Source: an uncultured delta proteobacterium
GTDB lineage: Bacteria > Desulfobacterota > Binatia > DP-6
Length of the DNA stretch: 64,000 nucleotides
Reading direction: 5' to 3'
NCBI GenBank assembly: GCA_963713495.1
Contig: CAVQLX010000015.1
Location: forward strand, 72,738 to 136,737
How positions within the stretch are numbered: position 1 is the stretch's first letter; every line of letters begins with the position of its first letter. Under the pieces are notes generated by a model. It was not told the origin of the DNA. It did no database searches and saw nothing but the letters and a program-made list of their open reading frames with translations. Shown in pieces: positions 21,556-33,393 of this stretch. The translations under genes were made by a program, and so were the position numbers.

Positions 21556-22617
21556 ATGACGCCTTTCGCGCCGGAGACCGCCGCCGTCTTCAAGGAGCTC
21601 ATGGCGCAGCTCGCCGCCCTCGAGGAGAAGCTCTCCGGCGGTCCGGTCCCGCTGGGCGACGAGCAGTCCGTCCTCGAGGGCTACAGGTGGATCTTCACCA
21701 TCGCCCAGGTCGCCCTCGACGTGAACGTGTGGGCCGATGCGACGCGGCCGCGATTCGTCGACATCGTCGGGCCCTACAAGAAATGGGGCGGGGACAACGT
21801 CGACGCCTTCTACCAGTACGCTCCGATCGATCCGACGCGCACCTACCGGGTGCGAGGCCGCAAGGGTGACGCCGTCTATTTCTCGCTCAGCGTGTATGGC
21901 GGTCCGGACGACGGGCGCTACTCCGAGCGCATCGTCGGCACGGTGAACGACCGCATGCTCGAGGTCGCGGCGGACGGGCGCTTCGAGATCACGCTCAGCC
22001 CGCATCCGCATCCCGGCGCGTGGATCCGGCTCGAGCCCGACGCGGTGGCCGCCATCACGCGCGACTACGTGATCGACGCCGACGCCCGACGCGTCGAGTG
22101 GGTGATCGAATGCCTCGATCCGGCGCCCGTGCATCGCGAGAACGACCATGACCTGGCGCGCCGATTCCGCGCCGCGCTCACCTGGGTCCGCGAGCAGGCG
22201 AACATGGTGCCGCTCCCGCTCGGCGAGCCGAACACGGTCGAGGAACCCTACCCCGTGCCGAAGGTCACCTACGGCTGGGCGGCCGCCGACGCGGCATACG
22301 CGATGGGGACGTTCGAGCTCGCCGACGACGAGGCGCTCGTGATCACCGGACGCTCGCCGGAGTGCGCGTTCTGGAACGTGTGCCTGTGGAACCAGTTCCT
22401 GCACACGTACAACTACGACCGTGATCGCGTCAGCCTGAACGGCGCCCAGGTGGCGTACGAGCCCGACGGATCGTGGGCCATCGTCGTCGCGGCGCGCGAT
22501 CCCGGACGTCCGAACTGGGTCAGCACGGCGGGACACCCGCGCGGACGGATCTGGTTCCGGTGGTTCCTGCCGTCCGCGACGCCCGAGCGCCCGCAGACCG
22601 CGGTGGTGAAGATCTAG
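21556..22617 (+). CDS. DUF1214/DUF1254 family protein
   Basis: Family-level resemblance only (FYQYAPIDPTRTYRVRGRKGDAVYFSLSVYG region). Confidence 0.55.
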   Translation: MTPFAPETAAVFKELMAQLAALEEKLSGGPVPLGDEQSVLEGYRWIFTIAQVALDVNVWADATRPRFVDIVGPYKKWGGDNVDAFYQYAPIDPTRTYRVRGRKGDAVYFSLSVYGGPDDGRYSERIVGTVNDRMLEVAADGRFEITLSPHPHPGAWIRLEPDAVAAITRDYVIDADARRVEWVIECLDPAPVHRENDHDLARRFRAALTWVREQANMVPLPLGEPNTVEEPYPVPKVTYGWAAADAAYAMGTFELADDEALVITGRSPECAFWNVCLWNQFLHTYNYDRDRVSLNGAQVAYEPDGSWAIVVAARDPGRPNWVSTAGHPRGRIWFRWFLPSATPERPQTAVVKI

Positions 22618-23330
22618 CTCCGGCCGCTGGCGCGCGCGTCGCCCCGCGAGCGGCAGAGCGACGACACGGGGCACACCGGACACCGGGGACCGCGCGCCAC
22701 GCAGATCGTGGCGCCGAGATCCATCAGGGCCTGGTTCCAGTCGCCTGCGCGCCCGCGCGGCAGGACGCGCTCGGCGAGACTCCACAGGCGCCGCGCGCGC
22801 GCCGCCGATCCGCGCTGCCCGCGCACGCGAAAGACGCGCGAGAGCACCCGCGCGATGTTGGTGTCCACCGCCACCGCATCCGCGCCGAACGCGATGCTCG
22901 CCACCGCGCCGGCGGTGTACCGGCCGACGCCGGGCAGGCGGCGCAGCGCGGCGAGATCGTCGGGGAAGACGCCCGCATGCTCGTCGATCACGCGACGGGC
23001 GGCGGCGTGCAGGTTGCGGGCGCGAGCATAGTAGCCGAGGCCGGCCCAGCTCTCGCGCACCGCGTCAGCGGGAGCCGCTGCCAGGTCCTCGAGGGTCGGA
23101 TAGCGCTGGAGAAAGCGCGGGTAGTGCCCCATCACGCGCGCCACCTGCGTCTGCTGGAGCATGAACTCCGACACGAGGACCTCGTAGGGATCGCGGGTTC
23201 CGCGCCACGGCAACGCGCGCCGGTGCAGGGCGTACCAGCCGAGCAGACGCCGGCGGAGAGCACGCGTGCCTTGCGGGAGCGCAAGCGGTTTCGTTTTCCG
23301 CCGCGGACGCCGACGGTCTACACTCTTCAT
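22614..23330 (-). CDS. HhH-GPD base-excision DNA glycosylase, MutY-like catalytic core with [4Fe-4S] loop but no NUDIX C-domain
   Basis: LPWRGTRDPYEVLVSEFMLQQTQV, the HhH-GPD motif LPGVGRYTAGAV...D, and a Cys cluster CVARGPRCPVCPVSSLC. Only 238 aa. Confidence 0.75.
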   Translation of the reverse strand: MKSVDRRRPRRKTKPLALPQGTRALRRRLLGWYALHRRALPWRGTRDPYEVLVSEFMLQQTQVARVMGHYPRFLQRYPTLEDLAAAPADAVRESWAGLGYYARARNLHAAARRVIDEHAGVFPDDLAALRRLPGVGRYTAGAVASIAFGADAVAVDTNIARVLSRVFRVRGQRGSAARARRLWSLAERVLPRGRAGDWNQALMDLGATICVARGPRCPVCPVSSLCRSRGDARASGRS

Positions 23331-23332
23331 CG

Positions 23333-24147
23333 ATGCGCTGGCTGCGTCGCAGGTTGCTCGACTCCGCCACTCGCGCGCTGACGCGACGGCGCAGCCACTA
23401 TCACCGCCGGCTGCCGAGCCACCTCGGAAGCCTGCGCACCACGCTGCACAAGGGCGACGTGCTGCTGGTCGACGGCGACCAGCGCGTCAGCGAGGTGATC
23501 AAGTACCTCACCCAGAGCTCGTGGTCGCATGCCGCGATGTACATCGGCGACGAGCTGTGGCGGCGTCACCCCGAGCGACGAGCCGATCTGGAGGCGCGCT
23601 TCGGCGTCGACGCACGACACCTCCTGGTGGAGGCGCTCATGGAGGACGGCGTCGTCGCGTCGCCGCTCGCCAAGTACGACGGTCACAACCTGCGCGTCTG
23701 CCGTCCACACGGCCTGCGCCCCGACGATTGCGGCCACGTCATCGACGAGATCCTGGCACAGCTCGGCTCGCGCTACGCCGTCCACAACGCGCTCGCGCTG
23801 GCGCGCTACTTCTTCCCGGTCTCGCTGATCCCGCGGCGCTGGCGTCGCCGCGCCCTCGAGCTCGGCGACGACGTCACCAAGGAAGTCATCTGCTCGACGC
23901 TCATCGCGCGTGCCTTCAAGCGCGTCGGCTTCCCGATCCTGCCCGCCGTCACGCCCGGCGCCATCGAGGCCGCACGCCGTCGCTGGCGCGATTGGCTCAG
24001 GCCCGGACCCTACCCGCACGTCTTCCACCGCGAGCCCTGCGCGCTGATCACGCCGCGCGACTTCGACCTGTCGCCCTACTTCGACGTCGTGAAGCTCACC
24101 GGACTCGCCGACCGCGAGATCGACTACCGCCGCATCCGCTGGGCTAG
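23333..24147 (+). CDS. YiiX/DUF830-like permuted papain-fold enzyme; 3-prime end uncertain
   Basis: LHKGDVLLVDG...SSWSHAAMYIGD and a catalytic Cys context EVICSTLIARAF. The frame has no stop until 25342 and would run antisense through enolase, so the true end probably involves a frame change. The end at 24147 is a guess. Confidence 0.45.
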
Positions 24148-24256
24148 AGCTCGACTACGCGCGACGTCGGACGGGTGGGCGCGACGCCGAGGCGGCGCGA
24201 AGCGCCGCGCCGTCGCCGGCACCCCGCCGCGGCACCGACGCACGATCGAGCGGTCC

Positions 24257-25553
<1,297 letters not shown>

Positions 25554-26216
25554 CTAGGAGGGCCGGGGCAACGTGCTCAGGACCACGACCCAGACCTCGG
25601 ACAGCAACGGCAGCACCGGGATGATGCGCTCGATGCGCAGCCCGGCGCTTGCCGCCTCCGCCGCCAGTTCTTGCCTCGTGAGCCGGGGGCTGCGTTTCAC
25701 GTTCGATCCGAGCCTGCGCCGCACGGCGCGCTGGAAGCTCTTCCAGGTATAGGGATGGCAGATGGTGGCGATCACGGGGCCGCGCGCCAGGTCGGCCAGC
25801 GTGCGCAGCACGCGTGGCCGTATGTCGGGCGGCAGGTGCATCATGAAGCGGCTGCTCACCACCGCGTCGACGCTGCGTGCGCGACACGGCGGTTGCTCCA
25901 GGTCGGCACGCACGTGACCCAGCGCCGCGCCGCGCCGGCGCGCCACTGCCAGCATCGCCGGCGAGATGTCGGCACCGATCACGCGGTATCCCTTGCGACG
26001 CAGGAAGCCCGAGAGGATGCCGGTGCCGCAGGGCGCGTCCAGGACGAGGCCTCCCGCGGGCACGGTCTCGAGGGCGCGCGACAGGGCACGCTCGAGCAGG
26101 CGGAGATTCAGCCGCCGCCCGGGACTCCCGTAGCGACGCCGCTCGTAGCGCTCGGCGTCGAACGCGCGATAGCCCCAGCGCGCGTCGTAGCCTCCGGCGA
26201 CGGGCTCGGCCATCAC
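25554..26216 (-). CDS. Class I SAM-dependent methyltransferase
   Basis: Motif I VLDAPCGTGILS and motif II-like region. 220 aa. Confidence 0.8.
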   Translation of the reverse strand: MMAEPVAGGYDARWGYRAFDAERYERRRYGSPGRRLNLRLLERALSRALETVPAGGLVLDAPCGTGILSGFLRRKGYRVIGADISPAMLAVARRRGAALGHVRADLEQPPCRARSVDAVVSSRFMMHLPPDIRPRVLRTLADLARGPVIATICHPYTWKSFQRAVRRRLGSNVKRSPRLTRQELAAEAASAGLRIERIIPVLPLLSEVWVVVLSTLPRPS

Positions 26217-26278
26217 CGCGCGACGCTAACAGCCGCGCCCGCGAGTGACAAGGATCGCGGCGAGCAGGCCCCGGGCTC

Positions 26279-27955
26279 GTGAGAGCGCCACTCCTCCTCG
26301 TCGCGGCATGCCTCGTCCTCTTCTTCACCGGGCTGGGAAGCGTGCCCTTCTACACCAGGGGCGAGCCGCGCGAGGCGCTGGTCGCCCGCGAGATGATCCG
26401 CACCGGCGAGTGGCTGGTGCCGGCACGGCCCGACGGCGAGCTGACGCGCAAGCCGCCGATCTTCTACTGGGCGGCGGCCACGTCCCTGTCGCTCCTGCCC
26501 GAGCGTCCCGAGCTGGCGGCGCGCCTGCCCTCCGCGCTCCTCGCCACCGCCGGCGTGCTCCTCACCTGGGCCGTCGTGCAGGCGAGCTTCGGCGCGGCGA
26601 TCGCGTTCCCCGCCGCGCTGATGCTCGCGACGTCGCTCGAGTGGATCCGCGCAGCCACCGTCGCGCGGGTCGACATGGCGCTCGTCGCCGGTCTCACGCT
26701 GCTCTTCGGCGCGTGGCTCGTCGCCCTGGCGCGCGACCGTCCCGCACTCGGACCGCGGTTCTTCGTGATGGCCGCCGCCGGAGCGGTCGTGGCGACGCTC
26801 GCGAAGGGGCCGGTGGCGCTCGTCCTGCCCGCGCTGGTCGCCGGCGTCCTGCTGGTGGCCCGGCGCGAGTGGCGCGTGCTGCGCCGGCTCGACGTGATCA
26901 CGGTCCTGCTCGTCGGCGGGGCCGTCGCCGGGCTCTGGTACGTCGCCGCGTTCGCCAAGCACGGCTGGGCCTTCTTCGACATCGTCGCCAAGGAGAACTG
27001 GCTCCGATACATCGACACGGAGGACGCGCGCACCGGTCACTCCCACGGGTTCATCTATCTCCCCCTGGTCGGCCTGGTCGGCCTGATGCCGTGGACGCCG
27101 CTCCTGCCCCTCGCCGGCGCGCCGCTCGTCGAGCCGTCCCGGCGCACGCCGGCTGTCACGTTTGCGGCGTCCTGGGTGGCGGTGACGCTGGTCTTCTTCT
27201 CGCTCGCCGCCGCGAAACGCAGCGTGTACCTGCTGCCGCTCTTCCCGGCGCTCGCCCTGCTGCTCGCGCTGGGAGTCGAGCAGCCGCCACGGAGCGGTCG
27301 GCTCGCGTGGCTGACGCGCGTGACGAGCGCGCTCTACGCGCCCGTGCTCGTGCTGCTCGCGATCGGCGCCGTCGCCCTCGCGTTCGGCGGCGACGTGGTG
27401 GGGCTCATCCGTCCATGGCTCAAGCCGCGAGACGCGCAGAACACGCTGGCGATCGTGTCGGTGGCCAGGCCCGCGACCCTCGAGCTCCTGGCCCTGGCCG
27501 GGCTCACGCTGGTGACCGCGGCGCTCGTGGTACGCGCCCGGCGCGCCGGCGACTGGCGTCGCCTGGTGATGATCGTCGCACTCCTGACGACGGCATGGAC
27601 CGCGGTCATCGGGGTGTGGCTGCGCCCGCCGCTCGGCCGCGCGGCGAGCCTGCAACCCTTCATGGCGCACGTCGCCGACGTCGTCCCGTCCGATGCCCCG
27701 CTGTACGCCTTCTTCACACCCGACGCAGGCCTCCGCTTCTACGCACCGCGCCGCCTCGAGGCCTGGCGAGCGACCAGCCGCGGACCGGCGTACCTGCTGC
27801 TCTGGGAGGACGAGCGCACGCGCTTGCGCGACGAGAACGGAAAGGCGCTCGAGCCGCTGGCGGTGAGCGAGGCGCGCGACGCGAGCCGGGGGCCGCTGAA
27901 CCTCGTGCTGGTGCCGCCCGACACGACCCTGCGCCCGCGCTCCGCCGCGCGGTGA
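26279..27955 (+). CDS. ArnT/PMT-like glycosyltransferase (GT39/GT83 family), polytopic membrane protein
   Basis: N-terminal TM1 followed by the ...RGEPREALVAREM... and ...KPPIFYW... motifs typical of 4-amino-arabinose / polyprenyl-phosphate sugar transferases. About 12 TM helices, and a periplasmic C-domain. Confidence 0.8.
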   Translation: MRAPLLLVAACLVLFFTGLGSVPFYTRGEPREALVAREMIRTGEWLVPARPDGELTRKPPIFYWAAATSLSLLPERPELAARLPSALLATAGVLLTWAVVQASFGAAIAFPAALMLATSLEWIRAATVARVDMALVAGLTLLFGAWLVALARDRPALGPRFFVMAAAGAVVATLAKGPVALVLPALVAGVLLVARREWRVLRRLDVITVLLVGGAVAGLWYVAAFAKHGWAFFDIVAKENWLRYIDTEDARTGHSHGFIYLPLVGLVGLMPWTPLLPLAGAPLVEPSRRTPAVTFAASWVAVTLVFFSLAAAKRSVYLLPLFPALALLLALGVEQPPRSGRLAWLTRVTSALYAPVLVLLAIGAVALAFGGDVVGLIRPWLKPRDAQNTLAIVSVARPATLELLALAGLTLVTAALVVRARRAGDWRRLVMIVALLTTAWTAVIGVWLRPPLGRAASLQPFMAHVADVVPSDAPLYAFFTPDAGLRFYAPRRLEAWRATSRGPAYLLLWEDERTRLRDENGKALEPLAVSEARDASRGPLNLVLVPPDTTLRPRSAAR

Positions 27956-27959
27956 TCGC

Positions 27960-28487
27960 TCAGCGCGTGGCGGACTTCTGCGCGCGGGCGCAGCTCGTCG
28001 CATCGCCGAGCCGGCAGCCGCTGTGACAGCCCCCCAGGTGCCCGGCGTCACATGCCTTGCGGTAGAGCGCGACGGCTCGCTGCTGGTCCCGCGCGACCCC
28101 GCGACCGTACTGGTACATGCGTCCGAGGTCCGCGCAGGACGCGAACAGGCCGGAGTCACAGCCGCGCTGGTAGCGCTCCACGTCCTGGGTGTCGTAGCTG
28201 CGCCCGACGCCGCGCCCCGCGCTGTACATCGTGCGCAGGTCGGAGCATCCCTTCGCGCTCCCGCCGTCGCACGCCTTGCGGAGCATCTCCACCGCGCGCC
28301 GGTCATTGCGCGCGACGCCGTTGCCGCCCTGCATGTAGACCGCACCCATGTTGGCGCAGCTCGCGGCGTCGCCCGCGTCGCAGCGCGAGCTGCAGCTCGC
28401 GACGTCGCCCGAGGGACACGTCGCCCGACCGGTCGCAGGCACGAGCACCACGGCGACCACCAGCAGCGCGGCGTCCAGACGCATCAT
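27960..28487 (-). CDS. Sel1-repeat (SLR) secreted protein
   Basis: Signal peptide MMRLDAALLVVAVVLVPATGRA and four Sel1-like repeats (A..MLRKACDGG..KGC, YQRGCDSG.. etc.). The start at 28487 is preferred over 28592 because the latter would overlap the divergent TPR gene. Confidence 0.7.
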   Translation of the reverse strand: MMRLDAALLVVAVVLVPATGRATCPSGDVASCSSRCDAGDAASCANMGAVYMQGGNGVARNDRRAVEMLRKACDGGSAKGCSDLRTMYSAGRGVGRSYDTQDVERYQRGCDSGLFASCADLGRMYQYGRGVARDQQRAVALYRKACDAGHLGGCHSGCRLGDATSCARAQKSATR

Positions 28488-28546
28488 TCCGCTCTCGCCT
28501 CCCCGGCAGTAGCACGGCGCGGCGGAGCGATCCAGAATGAACCGCA

Positions 28547-29170
28547 GTGCGTCGCCCGCCGATCCCCGCTCTGACGCTCCTCGTCCTCGCACTGCTCGCG
28601 GCAGGTGCGCCGGCCACCGATCCGCCGGGAACGGCGCGGTCGCGTGAGGCGCTCGCGCTCTGCAACCGCGCGCAGGACGCGCCGCCCGGGGAGCGGCCGG
28701 CCATGCTGAGCCACAGCCTCACGCTGGCCGACGAGGCGGTCGCCGCCGACGAGGACGACGCCCTCGCGCACTTCGCCAGGTTCTGCGCCCTCGGAGAGCA
28801 GGCGCGCCTCGCCGGCACGAGCGTGACGAGCCTGCTGAAGCTGCGTCCCATCCGGCAGGCGGTGGACCGCACGCTCGCCCTCGCGCCGGATTTCCCGCCC
28901 GCGCTCCTCGGCAAGGGCGCGCTGCTGCTCAGCATCCCGTGGCCGCTCGGAGGCGACGTCGCCGAGGGTGAACGGCTGGTGCGGCGCGCGCTGGCGATCG
29001 ACCCTGGCTACTTCGACGCGCGCATGCGACTCGCCGAGACGCTCGCGGACCACGGACAGAAGGCGGACGCGCGCGCGGAAGGGCAGCGCGCGCTCGAGAC
29101 TGCCGAGCACGCGCACGACGCGGACGACGTCGCCGACGCCCGGCGCTTCCTCGCCACGCTGGGAGAGTGA
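28547..29170 (+). CDS. Secreted TPR-like helical repeat protein
   Basis: GTG start and signal peptide RRPPIPALTLLVLALLAAGAPA. Helical repeat composition. Confidence 0.55.
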   Translation: MRRPPIPALTLLVLALLAAGAPATDPPGTARSREALALCNRAQDAPPGERPAMLSHSLTLADEAVAADEDDALAHFARFCALGEQARLAGTSVTSLLKLRPIRQAVDRTLALAPDFPPALLGKGALLLSIPWPLGGDVAEGERLVRRALAIDPGYFDARMRLAETLADHGQKADARAEGQRALETAEHAHDADDVADARRFLATLGE

Positions 29171-29175
29171 GCAGC

Positions 29176-30468
29176 TCAGAACGGGTAGTCGATGCCCGTG
29201 AACACCTTGAGGCCCTCGTCGCCGCGGCCGACGTCGACGAAGGCCAGGATCTGCGGGCGCACGATGCCGCGGAAGCCGAGGCCGTAGTCCCAGTGGAGAT
29301 CGCCGACCGGGTTCGTCGTCACGCCCTTGAACACCTCCCCGGCGTCGATGAACGGCGCGAGCTCGAGCTCGGCCTTCACGCCGAAGAGGCGGTGCTGGTA
29401 GACGTTGGTGCGAAGCTCCAGGGAGCCGACGCTGCGGTTGAACCCGATGAAGCGGTCGCCGCCGTAGCCTCGCAGCGAGTCCCGGCCGCCGAGGGAGCTG
29501 CGCTCCCAGAAGGGCGTGTCGCTCGGCCCGCTGACGTAGTCGAGCGTCCCGCGCATCGCGATGATCGGGTTCTTCTTCTCGCCTCTGAGCGGGATGTAGC
29601 CGCGCGTGTCCAACCCGAACTTGGTGTACGACGTCGAGCTGCCGAGCGCCCGGTCGGCCAGGTCGAAGTAGAGACGCGAGAGCGCGCCCTTTGAGGGGAG
29701 ATCGATCGAGTCGCGCGTGTCGTAGCCGAACTCGACACGGTGCGAGAAGTAGTGTCCCGGGAAGCGGCCGCGATTGAACGTGTTCGTGTTCCGGATGTGC
29801 TCCTGCTCGGCGGGCAGCGTCGGGTTGCAGTACGGCCCGGTCGCCGTCGGTCCGCACGACGTGAGGAACGGCACGCCGCTCACCTGGCCCGCTGAGGTGC
29901 CAAAGCGGCGGATGTCCATGAGGTACGAGACGTAGACCGTGGGCACGAGCCAGTAACCCGGCTGCACCCAGCCCTCCAGGTTCCGGCTGGTGTAGTTGGC
30001 CTCGTTGCTCTGTTTCGAGTGATTGCCGAAGCCCCAGAAGCGCTCCGTCGAGTCCTGCGCGAAGGAGCCCCACCCGTGCAGGAACGCATGCGCGTCGAGC
30101 AGGCTGCGATCGTGGTACTCCGCCTCGTACTCCTCGTCCTTCGTCGTCGACTTCCCGAGCGCGATCTTGTAGCGCCGCAGGTCCGTGGGGTAGCCGAAGA
30201 CCCGGAAGACGGGGAAGATGCCCTTGGTCGCGTTGTAGCGGATGTCGGGCGCGACCATGTACTGGATCTCGCTCTGCTCGTTCAGGAACATCCACACGCC
30301 CATCACGCCGTAGGTGTTCCCCTCGTTGGGATCGAGGATGATCTCCGGCACGGGCACGAAGCTCACTTCGGCCCGGGCCGCAGCGACGCAGCCCAGCCAC
30401 GCGGCGAGGACGAGCGCGATCAGCCCGCGGATCGCGTGCCGATGATGTCGCGGTTGGTGAGCAGCCAT
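29176..30468 (-). CDS. Outer-membrane beta-barrel protein (Omp85/surface-antigen-like), C-terminal Phe
   Basis: Signal peptide MAAHQPRHHRHAIRGLIALVLAAWLGCVAAARA. Alternating amphipathic beta-strand pattern, glycine/aromatic-rich, ends ...FTGIDYPF. Confidence 0.6.
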   Translation of the reverse strand: MAAHQPRHHRHAIRGLIALVLAAWLGCVAAARAEVSFVPVPEIILDPNEGNTYGVMGVWMFLNEQSEIQYMVAPDIRYNATKGIFPVFRVFGYPTDLRRYKIALGKSTTKDEEYEAEYHDRSLLDAHAFLHGWGSFAQDSTERFWGFGNHSKQSNEANYTSRNLEGWVQPGYWLVPTVYVSYLMDIRRFGTSAGQVSGVPFLTSCGPTATGPYCNPTLPAEQEHIRNTNTFNRGRFPGHYFSHRVEFGYDTRDSIDLPSKGALSRLYFDLADRALGSSTSYTKFGLDTRGYIPLRGEKKNPIIAMRGTLDYVSGPSDTPFWERSSLGGRDSLRGYGGDRFIGFNRSVGSLELRTNVYQHRLFGVKAELELAPFIDAGEVFKGVTTNPVGDLHWDYGLGFRGIVRPQILAFVDVGRGDEGLKVFTGIDYPF

Positions 30469-32163
30469 CGGTCTCCAGAGCGGTCGAGAACGTGGAACGG
30501 ACCCGGCACGAGGCCGTCGGGCGTATCGCGCCGACGCTGCGGGTCGGAGACGAACGCGAGCGCGTCCGGTCCGCTCCAGCGCCTGGCGAACTCGGCGCGC
30601 TCGAGGAAGAGCGCGTCGCGGTACGGCTCGAGATACGTCGGCGGTGTGAAGCGCGGCGGCGCGAGCATGGTGATGCGCCGGCGGGTGTAGTACGCGAGGG
30701 CGCCGATGATCTGATACTCCTCGGGCGCCTCGAACACGATCTCCACCGAGCCGGGAATGCGCGCGTCGATGACACGCGCCAGCGGCCGCCACGAGAAGAA
30801 CGGTTCGGCCTCGGCCTGGGCGCGGAGAACGATCGCCATCATCGGCAAGCCGACCGTCACCAGCGCGATGCCCACGCCCGCCGCCGTGTGCCGTCGCACC
30901 GCCCAGGCGAGGATCGCGCCGCCGAGGAGCGTCACCACCGTGCTGGCCGGCAGGAGGTCGAGCAGCGCCGGCATCGCCTTGATCCAGTAGACTCTCGCGA
31001 GCAGGTCGTGCGCCCAGAACGCGCCGACGACGCCGGCGGCGAGGAGTACCACGGCGATCGTGCCGAGCCATGCCCATGCCAGCGGACCCACCACGCCGGC
31101 CGCGAGCCGCCGCGAGCCTCGCGCGGCGAGCAGCGCGACGGCCGGCAGCGTGGGAAGCGAGTAGTGCTCCAGGCGAGACGGCGCGGCGGAGAACATGAGC
31201 ATGATCGCCCGCGATCCACGTCCAGCAGAAGAAGACGCCGTGCTCGATCGCGCCCGCGTCACGCCGGCGGCCGCGCAGCGCCTCGCGCACCGTGAAGGGC
31301 ACCAGGACGATCCACGGCAGCCCGCGCCCGAGGAACATCGACCAGAAGACCTTGAGCGAGTCACCGACCGAGTCGCGCGGCAGCTTCTTGTCGAAGAAGA
31401 AGAGCAGGTGCTGGTTGACGACGTAGTCCCACGCGAAGCCCGGGTGTCGCATGGCGACGGCGACGTGCCAGGGCGCGGCCACGAGCAGGAACACCGCGCT
31501 GCCGGCGAGCGGCTGGAGCCGCCAGATGCCACGCCAGCCGTGATCGCGGACGGTGCACACCACCACCGGGATCGCGACGACGGCGACCGGAACGGCGCCC
31601 TTCGCCATGAACCCGATCGCCAGCGATGCCCATCCGAGCGCCAGCCAGGGCGTGCGGCGTCGATCCGGCGCGCCCTCTGCGAGCCGCCAGCAGTAGAGAG
31701 CCGCCACCACGGATGCCACCAGCACGCCATCGGGGCGCAGCGTGCGGGCTTCGAGCACGAAGCCGAACATCGTCGCGAGGAAGGCGCCCGCGATCAACCC
31801 GGTGACGTCGTCGAAGAGTCGGGCACCCAGGCGGCAGGTGAAGAACACCGACACCATCGCCGCGAGCACGCTCGCGACTCGCGCCCACTCGTCGCGAGCA
31901 CCGAGCGCGAACGCGCCTGCCGCGAGCCAGTACATCAGCGGCGGCTTGTTCAGGAACAGCGTCTGATTCATCTCGGGCGTCACGAGGTCGTGGCGCACGA
32001 GCATCTCGCGCGCCACCTCGGCGTAGCGTCCTTCGTTGTCGAAGAACCCGGGACGATCGAGGTGGATCGACGCCAGCGATCCGAACGCGAGCGCGAGCAG
32101 GAGAGCGGCCCCCCAATGCGTCCGACCCTGCCCGCCAACCCGCACATCCGCGTCCTTTGCCAT
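30420..32163 (-). pseudogene. Second ArnT-like GT83/GT39 glycosyltransferase, apparent frameshift near 31205
   Basis: N-terminal 320 aa (...FFDNEGRYAEVAREM...NKPPLMYW...) are in the 32163 frame up to FCWTWIAG. The continuation IMLMFSAAPSRLEHYSLPTLPAVALL... through the C-terminus is in the 31730 frame. Confidence 0.7.
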
Positions 32164-32306
32164 GGGCTCGCAAAAGTCAACGCGCGGCCTTGCGTGTCAA
32201 GGCAGTGCCCGCTAATGTCGCGCGAATCAAGTCAAACGCCATGCAACGAGTGGTGGGGCTGGCAGGGCGGCCCGCAGCGCGGTCACGCGCTCGGACGCGG
32301 GTGCGC

Positions 32307-33393
32307 ATGATCGAGCTGGGCCGTGAGTATCACGGCGTCCGGCGCGAACTGCTCGATGCGTGCGAGCGCGTGCTCGATCGCATGCAGCTGCTGAATGGCG
32401 AGGAGCTGCGCGCCTTCGAAGCCGAGATGGCGGCGTTCGTCGGCACGAAGTACGTGAAGGGCGTCGCGTCGGGCACCGATGCGCTCCGCCTCGGCGCGCG
32501 CGCGGCAGGCGTTCGCCCGGGCGACGAGGTCCTCATCCAGGCCAACGCGTTCGTGGCGGCCGTCGAGGCGCTCGTCGACTGCGGGGCGCGACCGGTGGCG
32601 GTGGACATCCGCCGCGACGATCTCGGTCCCGACCCGGAGCATCTCGCCGCGCTCGTCGGACCCCGGACCCGCGCCATCCTCGTGGTCCATCTCTACGGGT
32701 TCCCGGTCGACATGGATCCGATCGTCGCGCTCGCTCGCGAGCGCGGCCTGGTGGTGATCGAGGACTGCTCGCACGCCCATGGCGCCACGCTCGACGGCCG
32801 CTCCGTCGGCAGCTTCGGCGCCGCCGGCGCGTTCAGCCTGGGCGTGGTGAAGAACCTCGCCGCGTATGGCGATGCGGGCGCGGTGAGCACCGACGACCCC
32901 GCCGTCGCCGAGCAGGTGAAGCTGCTCGGAACCCACGGCCAGGTGCGAAAGAACGAGCACGCGTACTACGGCGGGAACAGCAGGCTCGACGAGCTGCACG
33001 CCGCCATGCTGCGGGTGAAGCTCGGACGGCTGGAGCCTCGCAACGCGCGGCGCGCCGAGATCGCGGCGTACTACTCGAGCCACCTGGCCGGCCGCGTCGA
33101 GCACGCCGTTCGTCGATCCGCGCCGCACGCACGTGTACCACCAGTACGTCATCCGCACTCCCGTTCGCGAAGCGCTCCAGCGCCACCTCGCCAACCACGA
33201 GATCGAGACCGGCATCCACTATCCGGTACCCATCCACCGGCAGCCCGCCTGGCGCGACGCGTTCGGCGAGGCCCCCCGACTGCCGCAAGCGGAGCTGGCG
33301 GCCGACGAGATACTCTCGCTGCCGGTGCACCCGGATCTGACGGATGCCGAGGTCGAGCACGTGGCCGAGAGCGTGGCGGGCTTCTTCGACTGA
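32307..33393 (+). pseudogene. DegT/DnrJ/EryC1/StrS family PLP-dependent sugar aminotransferase (ArnB-like), apparent 1-nt insertion near 33105
   Basis: MIELGREYHGVRRELLDACERVL...GEELRAFE N-terminus, with the PLP-lysine region ...SLGVVKNLAAYGDAGAV. The C-terminus PFVDPRRTHVYHQYVIRT...EILSLPVHPDLTDAEVEHVAESVAGFFD is in the +1 frame (track ORF 33133..33393). Confidence 0.75.

Noticed and set aside
20110-22785. 891-aa minus-strand ORF antisense to asd and the DUF1214 gene
   Set aside because: No domains. It overlaps two plus-strand genes with clear signatures.
26213-28345. 710-aa minus-strand ORF antisense to the GT39 gene
   Set aside because: Arg/Glu-rich low complexity, antisense to a 12-TM glycosyltransferase with motifs.
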